DNA of 64,000 nt from contig MU054032.1 in assembly GCA_013239625.1 (NCBI GenBank), positions 372,001-436,000 of the forward strand, written 5' to 3'. This DNA is from Lama guanicoe. Taxonomy: Eukaryota. Below are positions 40,167-64,000 of this stretch, piece by piece. The position numbers were made by a program, and so were the translations under genes. The first letter of the stretch is position 1. Every line of letters starts with the position of its first letter. The notes under the pieces were generated by a model that was not told the origin of the DNA, did no database searches, and saw only the letters and a list, made by a program, of their open reading frames with translations.

Positions 40167-41235
40167 ATAGGAAGTAGAATAAATATAACTTGTTTTTATT
40201 TTAATTAATTTTTGCAGAAGCATGTCAGAGGAGATGCCTTGCATGCAACCTAGTGGATGGTGGTGGTAGACTGATCGGTTCCAGCTTTTGTAATCAAGAG
40301 CCTTAAAGAGGAAGAGTAAACAGAACTGCAGGATGGAAAGTGAGAATGGGAGGTGGAGGGGAGGCAGTGAGGGTGATCTTGGAAAATATAGCATGAGGAA
40401 AGGTAGGAAAGGGGGAAACCCCAAAGTGTGAATGTGTAAAAAGCTCTATGAACCCCTGCCCTCTGTGGATCCTACTTGGAATTGAGGCTGTGCAAGAAAT
40501 TAAATACAAAAAGAACATCATCAACTAGTATCCTAGATATTCCCCACAGTCAGAAATTGGAGATAGTAAGAACTAGCTGAGGTGAGTACAGGAGGGTTAG
40601 AGGTTAGAGAAGATAAATTCCCTAGCTAGGAATTTGGAACCCGGAGAACGTAGAACAGTATTGGCACATAATGAGCACTCAATAAAAAGTAAGTTATCTT
40701 CCCACCCTCTAGCTCCAGCTAGATTGGCAGTGTTGGTATTTCAATAGGCCACTCCTCTCTAGCCCTGTGATACCTGAGGAGGTGCATCTCCTCAAGGAAA
40801 TGCCGGTGAGACAATGTCTTGTTTCCTGGGTCTTCATTGTAATCAGACCTACAATACGTGACATCTGGTCATGAAATCCAGAGTGCCCTTTTTTCCCACG
40901 GAACTCCAGTTTTGACTATTGTGGCACAAGAGGCATTCATGTTCCCAATCAACAGTTAACCCTTTCACCAAATCCTTTGCTGTGCCCTCCCAAAATAATG
41001 AAACATGCCGAAACTCTGCCTGCAAACCTGAAGTTACAGAATTCTGAAAGTACTTTGTGTCCTAGCAGCCAATACAGCTGTACATAATTAAGCTTCCCAT
41101 GATCACTCTCATCCCCCTCCCCCAAATCCGGGGGTGAGACCTGGCTTCTATTTCCTAGACAGAAAGGGAGGTGCACGAAAGGCGTGTGAAGACAAGGGAT
41201 TTCCTTTAAACACATCCTGATGGGAAAAAAACGGC

Positions 41236-41317
41236 CGTCACGAACAGGATTCGAACCTGTGCGGGGAAACCCCATTGGATTTCGAGTCCAACGCCTTAAC
41301 CACTCGGCCACCGTGAC
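41236..41317 (-). tRNA. tRNA-Ser (anticodon CGA), 82 nt, long variable arm
   Basis: GTCACGGTGGCCGAGTGGTTAAGGCGTTGGACT-CGA-AATCCAATGGGGTTTCCCCGCACAGGTTCGAATCCTGTTCGTGACG. Full cloverleaf, A and B boxes, discriminator G, and a T7 Pol III terminator just downstream (41231-41225). Confidence 0.98.
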
Positions 41318-41799
41318 TTCGAAAACCAATCTTTACCGCACACTTACAGAAGGGGTCCGCTTTGCGACCGGGGAGGGAGTGTGGCAGCAGCAGGAAGCCG
41401 GGCCCGGGGCCGAACACGCACACCCTGTGACCCTCTCCCATTCGGTTCCTTACCTCTTGCTCCATGCCACCCAAAGGAAAAAAGTCGTGTGGAACGGGTG
41501 ACACAAGGAGGGAGAGTCTCTCGCCCAGCGAAGATTCGGGGTCTCAAGGAGCGCAAAGCTATTTAGGAGGCGATGGCGTGGCCTGCGGAGAAAGCAGTTG
41601 GAGGGAAGAGAATGGGCCCCTAGGGTGGCGGCTAGGGGACTCCTCGAGTGAAGGAGTGAGAGGAGACCTAAGACAAGGCGTTAGGGGCGAGGGAAGCTCC
41701 GAAAGAGTTTAAACGGGGAACTTATGGGGATGGATGAAAGGAAGGAACTTTTGGGGGAAGGAGTCGGGGGTTCCTTGGGATTAGGAGCTGCATAGGGTT

Positions 41800-42700
41800 A
41801 GTAATGTGCAGTGGGGTTAGGGCCACTCGGGGCTATGGGCTGGGGGCTCCTCAGGCGACGGGCACCCCCTTGGTGTACGATAGAGAGGTACCCCACTCCC
41901 TGGGCTCAGAGGCAAGAAGAGAACAGGCTTCACGTCAGGTATAGAGCGATCTCAGGGGAGTGTGCGCCCCCTCCAGGAAGCAGCCTCCGCCCCAATGCTC
42001 CGGCCGCCGCCGCCGCCGCCGCCCGGGAGGCCGCAGGGGTCCGCCCCGCGCCCGGCGCTCCGCCGCCNNNNNNNNNNNNNNNNNNNNNNNNNNNNNNNNN
42101 NNNNNNNNNNNNNNNNNNNNNNNNNNNNNNNNNNNNNNNNNNNNNNNNNNNNNNNNNNNNNNNNNNNNNNNNNNNNNNNNNNNNNNNNNNNNNNNNNNNN
42201 NNNNNNNNNNNNNNNNNNNNNNNNNNNNNNNNNNNNNNNNNNNNNNNNNNNNNNNNNNNNNNNNNNNNNNNNNNNNNNNNNNNNNNNNNNNNNNNNNNNN
42301 NNNNNNNNNNNNNNNNNNNNNNNNNNNNNNNNNNNNNNNNNNNNNNNNNNNNNNNNNNNNNNNNNNNNNNNNNNNNNNNNNNNNNNNNNNNNNNNNNNNN
42401 NNNNNNNNNNNNNNNNNNNNNNNNNNNNNNNNNNNNNNNNNNNNNNNNNNNNNNNNNCCCCCAGGCTCTGATTCCAGCCCCCGCCCCCACTGCTGCGCCC
42501 TCTGCCCCTTGTTTTTCTCCACTGCCCCGGCGGGTCCCGTTGCCAGCTGCCCACCCTCCTGTAAACCATCGCCTTCCGGGCTTTTCCGGGAGAGACGGCC
42601 GGGGGCGGACGGAATGCCCCCCCCGCCCCACAGCGTGCCCGCCACGGTGCCCGCCAGAGCTCCCCACGGAGCCAGGTACCAGCAGGGCTGAGGCCTCCCC
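41800..42700 (+). promoter_or_regulatory. SMARCC2 CpG-island promoter (partly in an assembly gap)
   Basis: Very GC-rich, (GCC)n run at about 42003-42023, CRE-like TCACGTCA at about 41930, CCAAT at about 41992, CTCF-like GCGCCCCCTCCAGG at about 41964. Confidence 0.75.
42068..42458. other. Assembly gap (391 N), expected to contain SMARCC2 exon 1 with the start codon
   Basis: N run inside the CpG island. The BAF170 N-terminus (MAVRKKDGGP..., from memory) is not visible elsewhere. Confidence 0.9.
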
Positions 42701-44271
42701 TGTGCTTTGTGTGTGTTCAGAGAGACGATGAAAGCAAGAGGGTAAACAGCCACAGAGCAGGCCCTTGACTGCTCATCAGCCTGAAAAGGGCCCCCACCCC
42801 GGGATCACCTGTCTGCCGCTCGTCCCCCACCTCGGTCCAAGGGGCAACAGAACCTCTTTGGGAACCAGAGTATAGGAGTTCCTGGGCAGCGACCCCTTCT
42901 TAAACCACTCCTCAGCCTCACAATGAAGTCACCCCGTCACCTGGCCGTGCATTGCCTTGGGTTTGGGGTTCAGAAGCTAAGACACGCTTTATGTCTGTAA
43001 ACCCCCACCCCATAACAGGAGATAATAAGGTAATGAACAAAGGGTTCAAGAAGCCTTACCTGTCTTTTCTACCAGACCTCTTCCTGGTGGTGTCTTTGTC
43101 TTTAGGCCTGGTTGAAGGGAATCTCTCTACATAGAATTTTCCTCTGGAAATGATCTCTCTTCCTTCTCACTACCCCCAGTTAGGGGTTCTCTTTATGACT
43201 TTCCTTCGCAACCTAGTTCTTCCTGCCCAGCTTTGCAGCCTGCCAGAAATGCGGTGGGCGGTTTAGGAGAATGCCCCTCTGATCCTGGTTATGAACCCGG
43301 CCCTGCTCTCGGAGGTCTCTCTGGGTGTCAGGATCCTGACAGACAGCTGCTGGGTCTGTAGCTTGTCTGTTCCCCAGCGTGAGACTGTGGTTCCCAGACT
43401 TTTACCTTTGACCTTTTGGAAGGAAGATCAGTCTAGGGGCTTAATCTCTGGCCTCGGGGGATTGACAGCCTGTGACCTGGTTCAGCTTTCTAGCTTTTAG
43501 CTCTTTGTCGTTTACCTTTTCTTTCAAGGATCTCTTTACACCTCCCACTGAAAGGTGCACTTTTCTCTATGATTAGGGTTGAGGAAAAAGGTGTCAAAAG
43601 GTAAAGTGAAAGTTAGCTTCCTGGCTCAGTTTTAAATGAGAACAGAAGGCTAGGATGCTAAGTAGCATACTGTGGAAATGTTTAAGAAGGCTTAAGGTTG
43701 CTTGTCTCGGGTACAGTTTCCTGAGAAATGACAGATGTTACCTTGCTGTTTCCCACCAGGCTGGGTAGTAGCTGGTCTTTCCCACCTAGGAAGGCCTTTG
43801 AAGACTTTTGTGTCCAGTTCCTCGCAGAAGCAGAGTGTACACTTCACTCTCCGTCTGTCCGCCCCACCTTACTTCCTTGCACTTGCCTCATTAGGCTGTA
43901 TTATAGGGGGAGTCTTGACCTGCCACAAAGTTACCCCAAGAAACAGACGGTTGTCTCGCTTAGAGCCTTGAAGATGTTGCTTCCATCTTCCATTCTGAAG
44001 TCCACGAATCTTTAGAATTTTACACCCCTCAGACATCAGGGTCCTGGAACCCCATTTTTAGGGTGTAGCTGAGGAAGAGTAGGAAGCCGCCTTTACCTCC
44101 GGCACGCAACACTGGCCGCCTAGGCTGGGGGCAGCAGAATTTCAGCTTCCTGGTGAGGGGCATCTAGAGCCTCCCTTCTGCCATTTTCTTTATAGAGACT
44201 AGACACATCAGGAAAGAAGACGCTATTTTCTTCTGCCCTAGATGCTTCCAGAGCTCCTGAGGAAGAGATAA

Positions 44272-59807
<15,536 letters not shown>

Positions 59808-61864
59808 GGAGCCAGCCAGACATCTCTCTCCCTCACCCCACATGGAGATCAAGGTTCCAGGAACAGCCCTCTCCCCACCACTGGGACCCTCCCCCAGCCT
59901 GGAGAGTTCGTCACTACGTAAGGAAAGCTCCTGCCCCTCCAAAGCCCCCACCATGCCCGTCAGAGGCGTGCATTTTTATATCGGATTGTTCAAGGACTCC
60001 TGTTTGAAAGATGTTTCTAATGTCTGGGAGAGAAGATAGGACGTGGATGCTGCCCTCAAAGGAAGGGCTGGGGGAAGGTGTTTATACAAGGTTCTAATTA
60101 ACCACTTCTAAGGGTGCACCCCCTCAAAACTACTGCATTTTTTTTAATCGATGAAAAAAAGATGAAGCCCTTTAAAAGGAAGTAGAGAGATTTTAAAAAG
60201 CCACATTGGAGCTCCCTCCACTCAGTGGAAAAAATCCAACTTTTACATTTTTTGGAGGAGGGAGGGGAGAGTTTTAGGAAAGGGGAAGAGGGTCTGGGGA
60301 TAGAATAGGGTGCAGAATCTGTCTCCTCCAGCCCCTCATTAGTAACTGAGTCAGCTCCCCCTCGGCCACCCCACCCCCCAGTTTATTCCCTCTAAGCTCT
60401 CCAGCTGCTTCCTCATTGTTGCTGTTTTAGGCCACCCCAGCTCAGCCAATGACCCCTTTCCCTCTGAATGTCAGTTTTGTGTTTTTTAAAAGTCACCTGC
60501 GTAGTTGATGTCAGTGTATGTGTATTTGGTGGGGAAACATTTCTGGGGATTCCTGGGGTAGGTAGTAGAGGAGGAAAGGGCACAGGGGGCTGTTCTGCCT
60601 CCTTCCCTGGGCTGTCAGCGAGCGGGCTCCCAGAGGACACCGAGAGGGGAGCTGTAAGAGGATGGGGAGTTTTAAAAACCTGAAATTGTCAAAAAGCACT
60701 TAAGCACCTCCTTCTCTGACTTGGTGGGTTACCCCTCTCGCTTCTTCCGTCTCCCACCAAGACCTTCAGAATCTTGGCTGGTAGCTAGGGACTCCCTGGG
60801 ATTTAGGGGCAGCAGTCAGGGGCCGGGGAATGGTGCCTGACCTGGGGTAGTGCCGACCACCAGCAGCTCGACCACCAGCTTGCAGCTCGGCTCTGCTCCC
60901 CAGATTCCAGTGCCCCCGGTTCCAGCTCTCCCCTCTTCATCCTTGTGTGAAGGCAGAAGTGATTCCAGGCTCTCCAACCATTCTTCTAGTTCCCTCCCAC
61001 CAGGCCCTTTGTTCCTCATGTCCCCATGTTTCTCTTCCTCTGCGTCTTGGCACCTTGTGTTCAAAAGTTTTCTGTAAATTTTTTTTCTTTTTCTTTTTCT
61101 TTTTTTTTATAAATTAATTTGCTTTCAGTTCCATCTTGTGGATGCCTTCTGTGTTCTCTTACCTGTGGCTGTTAGGCAGGGGGACTGGGCTGGGGGCAGC
61201 ATCCCTGGAGTCCTTCCCAGGGGCATTCACTGGGGCTAGAGGCACTCGGCAGGCCACAGGCCCGCAGACACTGGGCCTCTCTCCACAGCAGGCCAAGGGC
61301 AGCACAGCTGTCAGGGCCGTGCAGCTGGCACAGGAGCTGGGCAGAGGCTCTCACCTGCCCTAAAAATAGCCATCTAAGACTTGGAAGGACATCCTCACAA
61401 CCTGGAGATTTTGTCTATTTATCCTTTCAGAAGTGCTGGCTTCATTTCTTCCCTTATTAGGCGGGGAGAAGGCAGGCATCTCACTCACTAATTGTTATTA
61501 TTGGCCCCTAGCCCTGCTGAGGTGACAGACAGGCTCAGGCAATGCTAATATGGCCTGACTTTCGCTCCAGTAAACACTCTGGGCTCCCTCACCAAAGGCC
61601 TTCAGTGCTGGGGAGGGCTAGGAGAGGACTCGGCCAGATACAGGATGGAACAAGGGTCCTACAGCGATTTAAGGCTTTCCTAATCCCCAAGGGGTAGCCT
61701 TTGTAGCATCAGTGAATGGGGCCAGCACTTCTTAAATGAGGCAGAGATGGCTCCTACAGGCTTTTCCCCAGCTGTCCCCAACCTCCGGTCCATTGACCCC
61801 GGACAGTCTCGCCTCGCCTTCACTGGCTCAGGAAGGAAAGGAGACCCGCACGTAGGGCACAGAG

Positions 61865-61870
61865 TTTATT
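61865..61870 (-). terminator. Polyadenylation signal of MYL6
   Basis: TTTATT on + (AATAAA on -), about 145 bp beyond the last-exon stop codon. Confidence 0.85.
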
Positions 61871-62015
61871 TGGTGACTGCTGATGGCAAACACCATCCAA
61901 AAGAGACAAGCTGGTAAAAGTACTGTGATGACAAGGGAACCTAGGAAGCCTTTGGGGCCACATACACAGCCTCCCACAGGGGAAGGCACAGTCTCCGGGC
62001 ACACGGGGAATGTCC

Positions 62016-63811
<1,796 letters not shown>

Positions 63812-64000
63812 TCAGCACTGGGCATGCAACGGTTAACCCAAACCCTCCCAGGCAGTTCCTACTGCACATTCAACTATGATCATGCTGAGGAAACCAGATA
63901 TTTATACCACTGTACACCCAAGCCCTCTAAGAGGGATCCAGTGTCTCTTCCTCCCAACTCAGATATCCCACATAAAGAAACAGCCTTCCTCCCCACTTTG

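Noticed and set aside
41811..42753. Long ORFs (169-306 aa) in the ORF track
   Set aside because: They are open only because they run through the N gap and GC-rich flanks.
60816..61064. 82-aa acidic minus-strand ORF in the SMARCC2 3'UTR
   Set aside because: Starts at a non-ATG codon, has no promoter or splice acceptor and no recognisable homology. The purine-rich strand explains the composition. PhyloCSF or Ribo-seq support would be needed.

Overview
Mammalian genomic DNA, probably camelid given a Vic-1-like tRNA-derived SINE with intact target-site duplications (TSDs). It matches the conserved gene block on human chr12q13: SLC39A5/ZIP5 (-, 3' end outside the window), NABP2/hSSB1 (-, complete, 211 aa), RNF41/Nrdp1 (+, complete, 317 aa), tRNA-Ser(CGA) (-), SMARCC2/BAF170 (+, exon 1 falls in a 391-bp N gap, exons 2-29 readable and in frame) and MYL6 (-, 5' end outside the window). 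Exon boundaries were traced by hand at GT/AG sites and the frames close. Introns and intergenic DNA hold L1, L2, MIR, MLT-like and DNA-transposon remnants. I found no convincing previously undescribed multi-gene system, and most of the ORF track is noise. The most interesting observations are three uORFs in the RNF41 5' leader, an HNF1/HNF4/GATA module at SLC39A5, an in-frame exitron plus cassette exon and NAGNAG site in SMARCC2, an apparent R301C change in the SMARCC2 basic/phospho motif, a 131-bp tandem duplication in the RNF41 3'UTR and a three-level nested retrotransposon stack. Gene identities and comparisons with human proteins are from memory, not from a database search.
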